Of a stretch of DNA of 64,000 bases, positions 13,001 to 26,448 are shown piece after piece; positions within the stretch are counted from its first letter, which is position 1; each line of letters opens with the position of its first letter. The position numbers and the translations under genes were made by a program. This stretch comes from Amoebophrya sp. A120 (taxonomy: Eukaryota > Protista > Dinoflagellata), in assembly GCA_905178155.1 (NCBI GenBank), contig CAJINV010000006.1, positions 1,427,876 through 1,491,875 of the forward strand. Direction: 5' to 3'. The notes below the pieces were generated by a model. The model was not told the DNA's origin. It saw nothing but the letters and a program-made list of their open reading frames with translations, and ran no database searches.

Positions 13001-16000
13001 AAAAAACTTGAAAAGCCCTCCATCTTCGAAAAACACTACGGCAGCGTGAAAAATCCTCTGCCAAATCTCCCGAACTGGTTCTACAAGGGGTTCGACCCCC
13101 TGCACGTCTTGCCACACTACCTCTACTACGTTTTACGGGCGAGAAAATACGAGTTGATCGACGAGATTTGCGGGGTGAAGATCATTTTCGACGAAAAGAA
13201 GAAGAATTACGAGTTTGTTTCCAATTTGGACTATTTCAACAATTTAGAGTACTTCGGAACCACTAGCAAATTTGACCCGGAGAGGGAATTTTCGGTGCCG
13301 CACTTGACAAATATGAGAGTGCAGAATTCCCCCGCCACCCTCTCATTTGTCATGCAAAATACCAAATCCAAGTGCTGCCTTGTGGTGCTGTTTGCATGAC
13401 AGACTTCTCTGGAACCCCGAATAGTACTACAGTATGCACGCATGAACTTGTCATGCACAGGCTCCACATCTGCGGACGTTTGTAGTGCTGTTCATGCAAT
13501 ACAAATGAGGGGGAGGGGGACGAGTTGTGCACTGTCATAACAAATCTGCTTCCCACGACGTGTTACGTGCACGCCTTGTCTTTCTACAACCGGTGGAACG
13601 CGAGTAGTGGTGGCAGTTCGGTGAAGAAGTTGTTTGATTTTGTGGAGAAGGAACCGTTTATGATTTCGGAGGTGTTCGATATGCTGTGCAAAAGTATCGT
13701 ACTCGTATTGCAATCATGCATTACAAATTTTTTTCTGGAGCTAAATCCGCATTACAAATTTCATTTCTCATGCTGAGGAAATTTGTAATGCAATTAAAAT
13801 TATACGAGTACGATACTTTTGCATTGCATATTCGATTGGAAGCATCAGTTGGTAGATTGGGAAAAGCTGAAGGATTTAAATCACGACTACGATCAGAAGG
13901 TTGTGGAATTCGAGGAAGAGGTGGAAAAGCTGCGAAAAGAAGAACAGGAATTACAAAACGCGCAGAAACACAACGACAGAAATAAACAAGTGGACAAAGA
14001 CGATGTTCTTGCAGTAGATTCTCCTTCCGATGAAGATGACTCCGTGGTCGCTGATTCCAGCGCGAACGAAGATATCGGTACTAGCGGCACCGCATCAGCA
14101 TATTCGAAGTCAGCCGCGTTCAACCAAAAGGTGAAGCAACTGGAGAAGCAGTATTTCCTGCCGACAAACATGAAGGAACACAACTCTCTCCTCAAACTTC
14201 CGACGGAAAACAACGCCAAGGTGCTGCTCTACCCGATCATGAAGGCGCTTTTCCTGTATCCGATCTGCTTTAAGCAGATGCTGGAGAAATCCGAGGCGAT
14301 TGACAACCTCGACACCGTACCGAAACACTCGATGCAATATTACAACGCAAATGTCAAGCCCGGGGAGCAGAAAGCATATGAATTGCAGAAGTATCGTACT
14401 AGTAGTATTGCATTACAAAAAATTAGCTCAGCATGTGAAATGGAATTTGTCATGCGGATGCAGCTAAAGAAAGAGATTTGTAATGCATAAATGCAATTAC
14501 TACGAGGAGTGCGATACTTTTGCATAGGATAAAGCAAGGACTTGGACGATTCTGTTCAACATTTTGTACGAGTGGAACACAGGATCAACATGTAGTGCAG
14601 GAGACTATCAAATGTAAAAGTGTCTGGGTCTGGAAACTTGTGATGCTAGGTGGCGTATCATGCGGAAGCCATAAGTGCTGGCTCAGCATGACAAGTTTCT
14701 GAGCTTCTAGGTGTTGCCTATTCTGCATGACAAACTGCGTTTTTGCATGACAGGAAATTGGGGCTCTTGGGTAACCTGCATGACAGATTTAAGAGTCATG
14801 CCTGAGAAGCATGACAAATCGCGCATTCTTCCAGACCCAGACATTTTTACACTTGATAGAGACGGCGCAGCTGCAACTTCTACGGGAGCAGCAGGTGGTC
14901 AACAAGAACTACATCTTCAAGAACAAAGCGGTATAATTTGGGAGGAGCTGAAACTAGAATCGGGCACGGCGGAGAAATATGAACTGCAAAAGTATCGTAC
15001 TCGTATAAATGCATTACAAGTTTCCTTAGCATGAAAAATAGAACTTGTAATGCTGATTTGCCTTCAGAAAAAAATTTGTGATGCAAGACTTGCATTTATA
15101 CGAGTGCGATACTTTTGCACCGGATAAGAAATTTTTCGTTCTTTTCACGTCCGAGCACGTGGTGAACTGGATTCATTTCGTCTTGGAGAAAATGATCCGG
15201 AAAATCGAGTCTTCGCCGTTGTTTTTGAAAGAGTACAAGCAGGCGCGGAAGGAGTTTGTCGGGTACATGTTCACGAACAATGTAGATGTTATCGCGGAGA
15301 ATTACTACTTGGACAAAACCGACCCGGAGGAACGGAAGGAGATCGACCGGTTGAAGTTCACCTACTTTGAAGACAAGTCGCTCGCAATTAAGGGCGGTTG
15401 GGTCCAATCCTGCTACAACGACTTGTCCTCCGCCGAATACAAGGAAAACGCACGGGACGCAATTCTCCCGGCGTTATTCCACCACAACCTCGCGACCGCG
15501 CAGAGTAGAGTCGGGCTGGGCGGACGGATGAGGCGAGGTGGCGGGGGTTTATTTCCCGGTGGTCTTCGGGGAAACAATAACGGACCGGCAGGGGCGCAGT
15601 TTTTCGTCGACGTGATGCGGCAATTAGCGGGGGCTGCGGATGAAGGCAATGGAGTACCTGCGGAGGCTGTGCTCGCAAGGCTGGCCGACATCGAGAACTT
15701 TTTGGGCGGTATATATAAAGTTTTTGTCGCGCTTAGATTTTTTGAAGCTGGTTGTATCTTTGGTCCTCTTGACCCTGGTGCAGTAGGAAATTTACTGCAC
15801 TGTAGAACGCGAAAATGGATGATGAATGCGGGATATCCCTACTTTTTCCGCCATCCCGATGAAGGAAGCCACGGTTTGGAGTAAGTACCACGAACTAGTA
15901 GTGGTCAGTACTGAGGTCATGCTCATCTTTTCAAGAGGACGCGTCGCTCAACGACACAAGATCAGTCTACTTCATCCCCTGCCACCAAAAGAAGTGGCAC

Positions 16001-17173
16001 GACCTGAGTGGCTATTCATTTTTTCGCAAGAATAGAACACAAAGCGCAATGTTCTTGTATGAAGCGCAATGTTCTCAACAAGCGAACATAACAATTTTTG
16101 CTTCTCTTTGGTCGTGAAAATTGTAAACACGAGGGAAGATGAAGCTGGACTCAATTATCGGAACTACAACTTTTCCTCCCCAACAGATGATGTCGGGCGC
16201 GTGCAAGCGTTGCGTGAACAACTTTTCTATGCGTTGCAAATATCTCTGGGTCTGGAGGGATGTACTTAATCTGTGATGCTGCATTTGCATACTACAAAAA
16301 TCTGTATTGCATGGACAGCAAAACAAGAGGTCCAGTTTTTGCCGCGGCGAGAGGGCATTTCTCATGCGGTATATTATAAGCATCAGGAAGCCCTCGGAAA
16401 ATCTGGGATGCTAGGGCATGCATCACAGACGTCAGTGTGCATTACAAACGTTGCGTCCTTCCAGACCCAAACATATTTGTATTTGATATTTTCGCGATGA
16501 TGCGGCAGGGGGGTCCACCTCCACCCGGGGCCGCTAGTACTACCCCGCCCGCCGCCGGTGGCGAGGAACCACCACCACCTGGGCAGGAAGATCCAGGACG
16601 TCTTCTTGCAGGTTTTCGGGCCGGCGAGTTCCACCTTGGTCGCAGTTTTTCCGATGTCGGCTCCAGCGATGAAGACGGGTCACCTCGTCTACCGGGACCG
16701 GGTCGGTGGACGAGCGAAGCCGGCCAATTATATGCCGCCGGCAAACGAAGTATCCGTATCTACGATACTTCTAGTACAGCTTGCATTACGCGACCCGCCA
16801 CTGTGAGAACAAGAATCCAATTTTGCAACACCCAAGAACATCTTCTCGCACTCGCCAAAGAAAGCAGATTTCTGTCATGCAGGAAGATTGCAATAACGAT
16901 TTTTAACGAAGTTGTACGAGTATAATTGATACGGTTCTACTTTTGCATCTTGATGTTGTTCGACGTGTCGCACAAGGAGCAGGCGCTGATGAAGCAGCAG
17001 ACGGATTGCAGCGAGAAGTAGATGACGTCGCACGAGGAGAGTCGGCAGAGGGAGCATCACCGGAGGAACAAGGCGCAGAGGGACCAGGTGGAGAGTACGC
17101 TGAAAATAACTACAGCTCTGACGAAGACGAAGAGTTGGCGGAAGTCATTCAACGTTCGCTGCGGGAGCAGTGA
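10017..17173 (+). CDS. TCF25: TCF25/Rqc1-like ribosome quality-control protein, ~1305 aa; 13 introners + 1 GT-AG intron (15709-16186)
   Basis: Spliced motifs resemble TCF25/Rqc1: NFSPDAEHRRIFG, PFYIEGLVLIAEL, CKRALYVLE, LYMQLLANRGLFVTAAEVCKWL, DPLHVL..YVLRARKYE, KALFLYP. C-terminal UIM-like DEELAEVIQRSLRE. Recognised by eye. Confidence 0.8.
10769..10932. mobile_element. Introner family F
   Basis: TIR tatcacaagaaaaagtgt; TSD atgca. Confidence 0.9.
10983..11193. mobile_element. Introner family F
   Basis: TSD cacat/cgcat. Confidence 0.88.
11379..11528. mobile_element. Introner family B
   Basis: TSD gatga. Confidence 0.93.
11713..11975. mobile_element. Introner family A
   Basis: TSD cgagt. 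Confidence 0.95.
12178..12439. mobile_element. Introner family A
   Basis: TSD cctac. Confidence 0.95.
12482..12705. mobile_element. Introner family C
   Basis: TIR tatgaaagtgcacaactccccctcccc; TSD gcagt/gcagc. Confidence 0.92.
13312..13539. mobile_element. Introner family C
   Basis: TSD acaaa. Confidence 0.93.
13680..13830. mobile_element. Introner family B
   Basis: TSD ttcga. Confidence 0.95.
14377..14531. mobile_element. Introner family B
   Basis: TSD aagca. Confidence 0.93.
14606..14858. mobile_element. Introner family A (inverted relative to the 4915 copy)
   Basis: TSD gagac. Confidence 0.95.
14978..15126. mobile_element. Introner family B
   Basis: TSD agaaa. Confidence 0.95.
16228..16488. 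mobile_element. Introner family A
   Basis: TSD ttttc, so no GT or AG is available in register. Confidence 0.93.
16731..16955. mobile_element. Degenerate introner family B (ends approximate)
   Basis: Eroded TIRs, no TSD. Removal plus 5 nt links ORF 16437 to ORF 16943. Confidence 0.6.
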
Positions 17174-18659
17174 TAGCGAGATGAACTACACTACACGAGG
17201 ACACTTTGCGTTTTTTTGGATGGAGCGGAGCAGCAGTAAAACTAAAAGCAGAAGTGGATGAGACAAACACAAAAAGCAAAACGAATCACCGATCGCCGTG
17301 CAGAAGATCTTGCTCATCACGAACAATTTTGTACACGACGAAATAAAAGCAACCACGATCGGGGAAGCAGCGACCACCCCCCCCCCCCTTCGGAAAGCAG
17401 CAGTGGCAGTGGCAGCACCGATGAAAAGATAAAAACGACAAATAAGGACCTCCCATACCTTCGGCCAAAAAGGAACCACGAGCCTCCCGCCAAAGAAAGA
17501 ACGCATTTTTTCGAGAAAAAGCAAAATTAACAACTACAACAGGTGCCGTGTCCATCTACAGCAGTCCCTCTTTGGTCTTTTATCAAACCGGAAAGTAACT
17601 CTGCAGCTCTGCATCTGATATAAATCAACATGAGAACGAGCTTTGTCATGCCACTCATCAGATGTTCATATGTGAACTTGGACTTCTTGCCTTGCGAGGC
17701 ATGATTTACGATCAAAAACGTTGCGTAACACTTTACGACGGCGAGCTAGTGTAGTTATTTTCCACCTTCTCCATACTTTCCTCCAATCACTCTTCCCCTG
17801 GGCTGAAGTGGACACGACTGGCCAGGCCGAAGTGGTTACCTGGCGGAAACTGTACTACAGTTGCTGGCTCTTCGGGAAACTGCTGGGCAAACGGATTCTC
17901 CGATTCGTGGCTTTCGTCGGAAACAAAACGAAAACTCTTCCGTTCTACGCGAAGAGGATACGACCGGGGATTTCGTCGCTTTGGCGAAAAGTAGCCGGCG
18001 CTTTTGGGCCGCGTGGTGGAAATAACGTGAATGGTGGTGGAGGGCGGCAGCGGGAGAACAATGCGAATGGGGTTGAAATGACAGAACAACGACAACATGA
18101 ACATCAGGAATAAAAAGAAAACTCTACGCGATGAAAGTTAGGTTACGACCGATTGTCTTCTGGTCGTCGCTCATCAAAGCAATACCAAGAACGTCAACAC
18201 TCGCAACGACCTATCCCTATCGACGCACGCAAAGTAATTTTTCAAGCGGGAATGAAATGAAGAAGCACGACTACACCAAAATTTGAATGCAACGTGTGCC
18301 GTTGTCGTGAAGGAACAAAAAGGCACCAGGCTCAAACGATGTTCCAATTCTTGACGAGTACCGCGAGCTAGTTTTTCGTCTCGTCTTTACAGGGCCGGAG
18401 TAGAGTCGGTTATTTCCACCCTAAGAACAATCAGAGGTCATTACGCACCGCCATCCCTGCACGAGTATTTTCTTCATACCACGATTTCCGTTGAGGGTAG
18501 TTTCATCTCCACACGACTCCAACGTAAACTCTAACTTGTCGCAGTTCCCATGATTACTTGAGCATTCGTTTCCACCACGACACTCACATTTTCATTTTTT
18601 CTCTACTTCGCTAAGTAAAGTGTGAATTTTGATTGTGTGGAAAAAAAAAATACCTGTGC

Positions 18660-19494
18660 ATGGAATTCCTCCCCCTGGACTCGCAAAGCAACGGTAAGTT
18701 CCTGACCCTAACGGAGAAAAATCAGATCACCTGCCACACCAACTGCCGCCAGGAATCCCAGGGCACGGCGTTTTTTCCTGTTTCATCTAGCACTTCGGGC
18801 CCAACAAGTCGCGGTTCTTTCACCATCAAATGCACAAACAAGCCGGGCCGCATGCGGTATTTCGTCGGGTTAGCCGACCATTTGTTCAACCCCGCAGCCT
18901 ATCAAATGTAAAAATCTCTGGGTCTGGAAACTTGTGATGCAAGAAAGGGAATAGTGAACTCACTATAATGCGCTGCCAAGCATGACAAGTTTTTTCCATG
19001 GGTCTGAGTTGCGTATTTCGCATGAGAAACTGCGTTTTTGCATGACAGGGAGGAGGAGCTCTTTGCGGCCATGCAACACAGAGCTCAGCGTCATGCCAGA
19101 CAAGCATGACAAATCTCGCAATCTCCCAGACCCAGACACTTTTACATTTGATACAGCCGGGTGTGCGGACATCGCGAAAAACTCCCTAGCGTCTTTAGAA
19201 AATCTGAAAGCCGGGCTGCATAAGAATACCGGTGGAACTTCTACGAAGAGTAATGTCTGTTTGCAGTCGTCGACACCGTCTTTTCACACCGGGAGCTTGG
19301 TGAAAGTCGAGTGGAGCTCTTGTTCTGGCGCCGGAAAGAATGATGAGAACAACAATCAGCTCGACGTACGAATCAGCGTAGACACCACGGGATTTTCGCA
19401 GAGTTGCAAGGTGGTTAAAAAGAAAGGCGCGGAATTGTTTGGCTTCGTGTCCCTTTACAATAGAGAAGCGGTTTTTGAGATCGTGGAAGAATGA
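18660..19494 (+). CDS. Small beta-rich protein, possibly SPRY/B30.2-like, ~191 aa, 1 introner
   Basis: Junction NPAA|GCADI is in frame. Motifs RYFVGLA, FHTGSLVKVEW and LFGFVSLY resemble a SPRY-type fold. Confidence 0.6.
18900..19153. mobile_element. Introner family A
   Basis: TSD cagcc. Confidence 0.95.
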
Positions 19495-20022
19495 TGGTGT
19501 TTTTGATCCACAACTTCTACTTTAGAATACTGAACGGTTGTTGTAAGCAACAAGAAAGAAAGTACTTGTTCCCGATTGAGATTGACACACAACGCTCGAC
19601 AGCATTTGAGATTTTGTTCGGCTCTCAGGATCGATGAAGAAGAACGTCCCCTGCTCTATATAGAAGTTCACGAGGATCTCTAGTAGAGAGAGGTGCGGCT
19701 TCTCTTCATCTTGGTCTGACGAAGAAGCACGATAAAGACTGAGCGCAAGAAGTAGGACCTCCTGCTGAGAGAGCACTGCGGAACAGAGAGCGGATCGTCG
19801 AGACCCAGTGCTCTGTGGACACGTGCTGTGGCGATCGTCATGAGAGCAGACCGAGGAGGACCAAACGTGGTAGATTTCACGCGAGTGTGTTGCTACCGAC
19901 CCTGTAACCGCGACACCATCGCCAGCACCAGCCTTTGCGTCATTTCCCGAACTTGCGGGCATGAGCACCATAAGCATTATTGACGCTCGTCGAATTTTTA
20001 ACATCTTCATTGCAACCCAACC

Positions 20023-22961
20023 ATGGATTTCTGTCGTTGTTTTCTCCGCACTTCCAGCACCTCCAACTCGTGGTTTTGGCGGTTTTGCACCGGGCAGAAT
20101 GACGACAGCTTTCTGCAGGAAGAGAGGCCAATCCCCTTGGAACACGCGTGGAATAAAACCAAGGAAGGACATGGAGCCGAAAACACCTTCGACCCGGACC
20201 ACCCTTTGCGTCGCTACGGGTTTCTCTCGTACTCCGCCTTGCCTGTTGCGGTAACGCCGTCGAAGAAAGTCTTGTCTTCTTCATCATCATCTTCCACCAC
20301 CTCGAGTAGGAGAAATAAGTTCGAAACCCACCTCCGTGGGCCGAAGTTGAAATTATGCAATACAAATTTTCCGTACACCTACACGTAAAAAAATGCATCA
20401 CAAATTTCTCTAACTTCACGCCTGCCGCTTGTGATGCTGAATAGGATTGAGGGGAAGTTTTGTCATGCTTGCAGAAACATGCTTTACCTTACGTGTACGG
20501 CAAGTTTGCTGTGGATAAAAATCGGGAAAAGTGTATTTCATCGTTTCGGAGCGGGAGTTGGTTGCTGTTGAATTGGAGTTGTATGTGAACGGGCTGTATG
20601 ACCTGCAGAAGTATCGTACTAATAGTATGAATTTCATTACAAATTTCTTCAGAAAGACAAATGGAATTCGAAACGCTGAATTACACAAATAAAACCCAGA
20701 TTTTCCATGCAAGCCTGGCGTGTATACAACGAGTACGATACTTTTGCAGATTATCAACGGCGGTTTTCAAGCTATGTTGAAGGAGAAGCAGGAGCAGCAC
20801 AAGATAGCGACAACCAACAGAAAATCCAGGAGTTACTTTTTTCCCCCTTCATGATCATCCGCAACTGCAGATTTGAGGAGCAAGAGGGTATGCACAACTT
20901 TGACACGTTGTTTACCAAATTACTAAGGGATCAGAACGGGAGTGCGAGCGGTGTGCGGCCCTCTTCCGGCGATTTGGACTACAAGATCTTCAAGTTGTCC
21001 TGGTTTGGATTGGATGTGAAATACTACTTCGCGGTTTGTACAAATGCTTTGGAAGGAGTAGATGCAAGGAGTACAACTCTCGCTGGTGGTGCGCAAACGC
21101 AATTAGTACCCACGTCGACAACCACCACCCACGACCAAGTAAATCCCCCCTCCGACCTGGAAGCTGCAACGCAGTTACAATCCGATATCGAGATGTTTTC
21201 ATCAATATCCTGTGCAAAAGTATCGTACTCGTAGTAATCGCATTTATGCATGACAACTCTCTTTTTCAAGGTAAATCAGCATGAGAAATTGTATTTGTCA
21301 TGCTGAGCAAACTTGTAATGCGATTACTACTAGTACGATGCTTTTGCATTTCATAATCAAAAAACAGCAACCGAACTATGTTTGCGGCGAGCGTGGCGTC
21401 GCAGTTTTCGTCGCTTGTGGGAGCAGCAACAGCAGTGGGTCCAGCTGCGGGGGCGTTAGCAAATGTTTCTAATTCATCATCGGCCTCTTCCTCCGCAGCC
21501 GCAACGCCGGCAACTGGTGCCCCGTCCTCTCCAAGCAAACTGCATAAAGCCTCAACAACCGCCCTGGACATCCCTCAAAACCTGTTCAAAACGTCTACCA
21601 GCCTGAAGTCCCAGAAAACCGCGGAGCAGTGCCGGCAAGAGTGGGTGGTCGCGATTTCCAAATGCGTGAAGAAAGTGACGCAGAGTCTGTATCCGAACGG
21701 ACTGCAAGGTATCAAATGTAAAAATGTCTGGGTCTGGAAGATTCTGAGACTTGTCATGCATGTTGTGCATGGGCCATGATGTCTGTGATGCATGCCCTAG
21801 CATCACAGATTTTTTCAGGGCATCTTGATGCCTATTCCGCATGACAAATGCCCTATCCTTGTAGCAAGAATTATACTCCTTTTGCTACTCATGCAATACA
21901 GATTTTTTTGGAATCCAAATGCAGCGTCACAAGTTGCATTCTTCCAGACCCAGACATTTTTGCAATCCATACAAGGGGGGAGCTTTCTTAAGGCGGTAGC
22001 TAGGACTACAATGGGCGTTGGTAGTGCAGCACCAGCGCCGGTTGGAAGATCAAAAGACCCGTTCGAGGAACAACTCCCCGACCTGCTCCTCTTATCCGGC
22101 TTCCTAGTTTACCAGTACCCAAGCAGGCGTGATTTGGTCTCGACGCTGTACTGCGAATTGCACGCGCAGGAAACTACAACGGTGAATGAAAGTGGGGATA
22201 AAGATGAAACCGCAGGCACGAAGAGTACGACGGCGAGTAGTACCTCACCTTCTGGGAATAAACTGGACGAAGAGAAGAAAAGACTGAAGTCGAAGGCAAA
22301 ACTCGTGCTGTATCAAAACGACCTCGATGTAGTGGTCAGCGCATCTTCACAAATGTTGAACAGCAATACGAGTAGTACTTCATCTTCTTCCGCTAAACTC
22401 CTGGAAATCCCGATTACCGAGGACACTCCTTTTTATGAAAAAATCGGCGTCAACTGCACAACCTTCTGCGTCGACAACACGCACCACTTCGCCGCCAGGT
22501 CGGAGCAGGAGAAAAAATTGTGGCTGCGGGTGATTGGAAATTTGAAAATCAAGGTGGCAAATAAAGCGCCAACTCCGGATGCGGAGGAGGTGAAGGCGTT
22601 TCGGGAATCGATTGTGGAATACATGGGAATGAACGGGATTTTGTTCAACAATAGTAACTCTTCAGCATCCTCTTTCCGCAATACAACTACTCTTCAATCC
22701 GACCCACTTTTAACCCGCGTGACCGACCGGCAACCAAGGGAATTCTTCGGTTTTAACCCCGCGGCGGATCGGAGGAGACTGCAGCAAGGCGGACCAGTTT
22801 CGACGGCGACGACAACATCAGGAACAGGAGCCTCTGGTGCCGATCATGAGGAAAGAACAAAACTGCCTTCCGTAGGGGGTATCGTGATGGGTCGTGCTGG
22901 ACCGTCGTCGATACAAGAACCACATCCTCCCAGAACAGCTGCGTCGAAGACATCGATGTAG
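20023..22961 (+). CDS. Protein with two PH-like domains, ~727 aa, 4 introners
   Basis: Exons join in frame. PH signatures: PLRRYGFLSY...AEQCRQEWVVAISK and LSGFLVYQ...FAARSEQEKKLWLRVI. Start codon uncertain. Confidence 0.7.
20354..20517. mobile_element. Introner family G (single copy here)
   Basis: TIR tatgcaatacaaattttccgtacac / gtgtacggcaagtttgctgtggata; TSD gaaat/aaaat. Confidence 0.8.
20597..20755. mobile_element. Introner family B, 3' end ATA>ATC, TSD eroded
   Basis: Clear family-B TIRs; element+5 nt restores frame. Confidence 0.75.
21206..21355. mobile_element. Introner family B
   Basis: TSD atcaa. Confidence 0.95.
21710..21971. mobile_element. Introner family A
   Basis: TSD caagg. 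Confidence 0.95.
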
Positions 22962-23775
22962 ATATGGTCCTGCAAGTGTAGTTCGTTGCGCGATTACGTA
23001 CACCGCTCTTCAGGACAGCGCTCGTGTATAGAGCTATCGGTTTCAGTTTCTGTTCGTCATTCTTTCTGCCTCGTGTGGGCGCCTGCTTTCGTGAAGATTG
23101 CTGCGCCAGCAATCGTGAATTCGTAAATTTGCACTCACGTGTGTTCGGTTCAGAGCCGTTTTCTTGATCCGTCGGTCTTGGTGGTGTCATATGTCGTTCG
23201 ACGTTGTAAGAGTTCTGGCTTCATCCAGTATTACCAAGAAATAATATGGCTCTCGTGCGCTCGATGAAAAAAAATTCGACAAAAAAACATCAAAGAACGC
23301 TGATTTTCTCCTGTCGTCCCCGTTCGGTCTTGGCGTTTCTCGTGCTATGGATGTGTTTCGGTTAGTACTATCGTTCTTGTTAGGTCTTCGTCTTCGCGCA
23401 GCTGCTTGTACAGTTCGCGTTCGTCCGCCGCAAATAATCGCTCATCGTCTGTGTCCAAAGCCACACTCTTGAGGTTCGAGAAGATGAAGAAGGCTGCATG
23501 ATCTACAGCAATTGCAATCTCAATGTTGTACTAGACCAGTGCACCATCAACCAGCCCCCTAGATTGTTAGTTTTACTAGCCGTCCTCGCAGTACCCCGAA
23601 GACGAGTCAACGATTTATTTCACAGTTTTGCATTTTTTCCCCGACACTTACACTTTCAACTTGTATGCAGTCTCCTGTTGTTCTCCGCCTCAACTACCGT
23701 TCTTGAGTGGGCGACATTAATTATTAAGCACCGGACCTCGTCATCAAGCCTTCTCGTGGCAAAAACGGAATAAAC

Positions 23776-24384
23776 ATGGTCCGCTCCTACTTCCACGCGG
23801 CCGCGCGACCCAGCGACAAGCGTCCCGCGTTCGCGCGCTGTTTCGCGGCCGTGCTTGGGCAACTCGTGCAAAAGCAGAATGTGGCTGTCGAGGCTACCCT
23901 TCTGGGAATCGCTTCCACCAGCGAAGGGAAAAAAGCTGGTGCGCAGAGCAGCAAGACGTCGAAAACAAGCCTCTACCATGTGGCCCAGCAACAGAAAGCG
24001 AAGCTGGCTGCAGGGGTCGTGAGCAAGAAGATGAACAATGGCAAAGCGAGCACCGAAATGAGTGTCGTTTCGGAAGCTGGTGGTCGCGCAGCCAAGAAGG
24101 AACAGGAAAGACAAGAAGAATCTTCCGCGGCGATGAAAACCGCCAGTGCCGCGGCCTCCAAAACTGCGCGCGGTCTGAGAGCGGGCGCCGGAACATCAAA
24201 TGGAGCAGCAACTGCGGAGATGATGAAAACAACTGCTGGCACTACCAAAGAAGCGGAAAACAAGAACCTGGCAGCGAGCAAAGCCAAAGTCGTCAAAAAA
24301 GAAGGAGATGACAAGTTTTTTGACAAAGAGTGGCAAGAAGAGCAGCACGAACTCGACTTTGACGCACAGTGGAAAGAGGTATGA
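23776..24384 (+). CDS. Hypothetical Ala/Lys-rich protein, possibly the first exon of a longer gene
   Basis: 202-aa ATG ORF ending in GAG|GTATGA, a good GT donor at 24379. Downstream exon not identified. Confidence 0.5.
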   Translation: MVRSYFHAAARPSDKRPAFARCFAAVLGQLVQKQNVAVEATLLGIASTSEGKKAGAQSSKTSKTSLYHVAQQQKAKLAAGVVSKKMNNGKASTEMSVVSEAGGRAAKKEQERQEESSAAMKTASAAASKTARGLRAGAGTSNGAATAEMMKTTAGTTKEAENKNLAASKAKVVKKEGDDKFFDKEWQEEQHELDFDAQWKEV

Positions 24385-25717
24385 GAATGTATTTTTGTAC
24401 AACTACAGAGTCGACCTCTCCCCCTCATTTGAAGAAGGGCATGCATATCATGCAGCAACAGAAGGAGAAACACCAGCACTAGCACTACTGGTGCAACAAG
24501 AGCTTGGGCAACATCATGACAAATGTACAGCAAGTTAGTGTTTTGTTCCTTGTTGTTCTCACCGTACGGCTCCTTCTGGTTCCGAATACTAGACCTGTCT
24601 TACAAAAATCAGTGCCGCAAGACTCGATTAAAACCACTGGCTGGATATGTATTTCATCGCATTATTTTTCAGCATGACAAATGAGGGGGACGCGGGGTTA
24701 GACAGAATTTCCACTCTGATAAGAGGCGTCGGACCGGCATGATGAGCACGTGAATCGTGTGCATGAGCAACTGCAGTGCGGTTGCTGCTGCATCGCTGCC
24801 ATCATCATCTCCAGTGTCGTTTGCTGCTGCCTCTGCATCGGCGCCATTACTGTGGCGGTCGTGGGGGACGTTTTGCACTGATGGGCGTATTGAACTTTCC
24901 GGGCTTGTTGATCATGAGGGAAAAGCGAGCCAGAGACGCGCGACACACATGATCACACACAACTTCTGTTTATAGCTGCACTAGCGGCTTTATTTCTTTT
25001 TCACTAGGCCGCTAAGGTAATATCAGTCTTCACATTATGTTTCTAGAAAAACAATAATTCTTCATCTACCTGAGTTGTTAGAGCCACGACCTTCAGGTTG
25101 TCACTCAACAAGGGAAAGAACAAGATGTTGCTAAGAATATAGAAAAGTGACAAGTTGTTGCTAAGAATCCCTAGTGCTACTTTTGACAAAATCACTCACT
25201 ATTCGTGGACGCCAATTTCTCATTTGAATTACACTGCAAAGACCCCGACATCATGCAGATCCACAAGCACAACGGCATAGTACACAGCCACAGACAGCCC
25301 TCGTGTTGGTCTCACAAGCTCTGACGTTGTTCATGGGTTGAATGCACATGATGAACTAGAAGTTGTTCGTCGGTTGCGGGTCGGTACAATAAACCTTCGG
25401 AGGTCGGGACAATCGTAGTACTAGTACCGGTTGTTTTTAATATTTTTTCACCGAACTTCGGTCCGCCTCCACCGTGCTCGTTTGTGTACGTAGATGAGTC
25501 GCAAGGCGAAAAACTACGTGGTCAAAAGTCGGTCGTCAATTTTGACACAGAAGTCCAGGAACCCGTGCGGCAGCCGGCAGCGGTAAGTACGGGGCAAAAC
25601 AAAATCGGTTTTACTACAGGTTTAGTCGGTGAAACAATACATTCCCCAATAAGCAGATTGCGAGTCTCTGCATAAGAAGAGCCAGCAAGAATACCAGAAA
25701 AACAGAAAACAAAAGGT

Positions 25718-26448
25718 ATGACTTTGTCGATCCTTGCCACAACATTTGACTCTGCACTCCTGCGAGACCAGACTGACAGGGTGTTGGCGTTGCTGCAAAA
25801 AGAGAAAAAGAAAAATAAAACGCAAAGCGAGGGGTACGTAGTAACGGTAAAAACAAACTTATTAACAGAGCGGTATCAAGGAGTAGCAACTAACAGTTGT
25901 ATACGCACTATAGAGGAGGAGGAGCAGCTAGTACACTTTGATTCATTTATCTTTGACTTGCTCCACCGTGTAGAAGCTTTGTTGACCTCCTGCTCTCTTC
26001 ACGCGGCCACTATTACCAAAAAATGCAAGACGCTGGTCCCGCCCTTGTAACCGCCTTTTTCGAGGCAAAAACAATCCTGACTGAGAAGGAAGGTGATGCG
26101 GATGGGGAACTGTGGGGCGGGATGCTGATGAACGTTTTTCGTGCACTTGACCAGTGCAAAGAGGCGGAGAAATTCGAAGACGCTCTGGCAGAAAATATCA
26201 AGGAAGAATTGGAGGGAAATGGGCAGGTACTGACCATCGAGAAGATGACGGAACTAAACTTGAACATCGTTCCCACGGCAAAGGCGTTCTGGCTCGCAGT
26301 GAGCGAGCAGAAGGAAGAGGGGAAAAAGGAAATGGAACAGTGGTGCCAAATCTTATCGGCGTGCACGGGGGCTGAAAACACCGAGGAGGGGGTGACAAGG
26401 TTTGCCGCATTTACGGAGGGAGGGTTAAATGTGGAGGATTTTCTGTAA
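25718..26448 (+). CDS. Hypothetical helical protein, ~196 aa, one GT-AG intron (25834-25973)
   Basis: GG|gtacg...tgtag|A joins ORF 25718 to the frame of ORF 26023 (SEG-SFVDLLLSSRGHYYQKMQD). Confidence 0.55.

Noticed and set aside
17258-18113. Possible gene from ORFs 17258-17530 and 17721-18113
   Set aside because: I could not build a consistent model. A poly-C run (~17376-17388) may hide a frameshift, and a ttgtcatgc at ~17643 hints at an intron, but support is insufficient.
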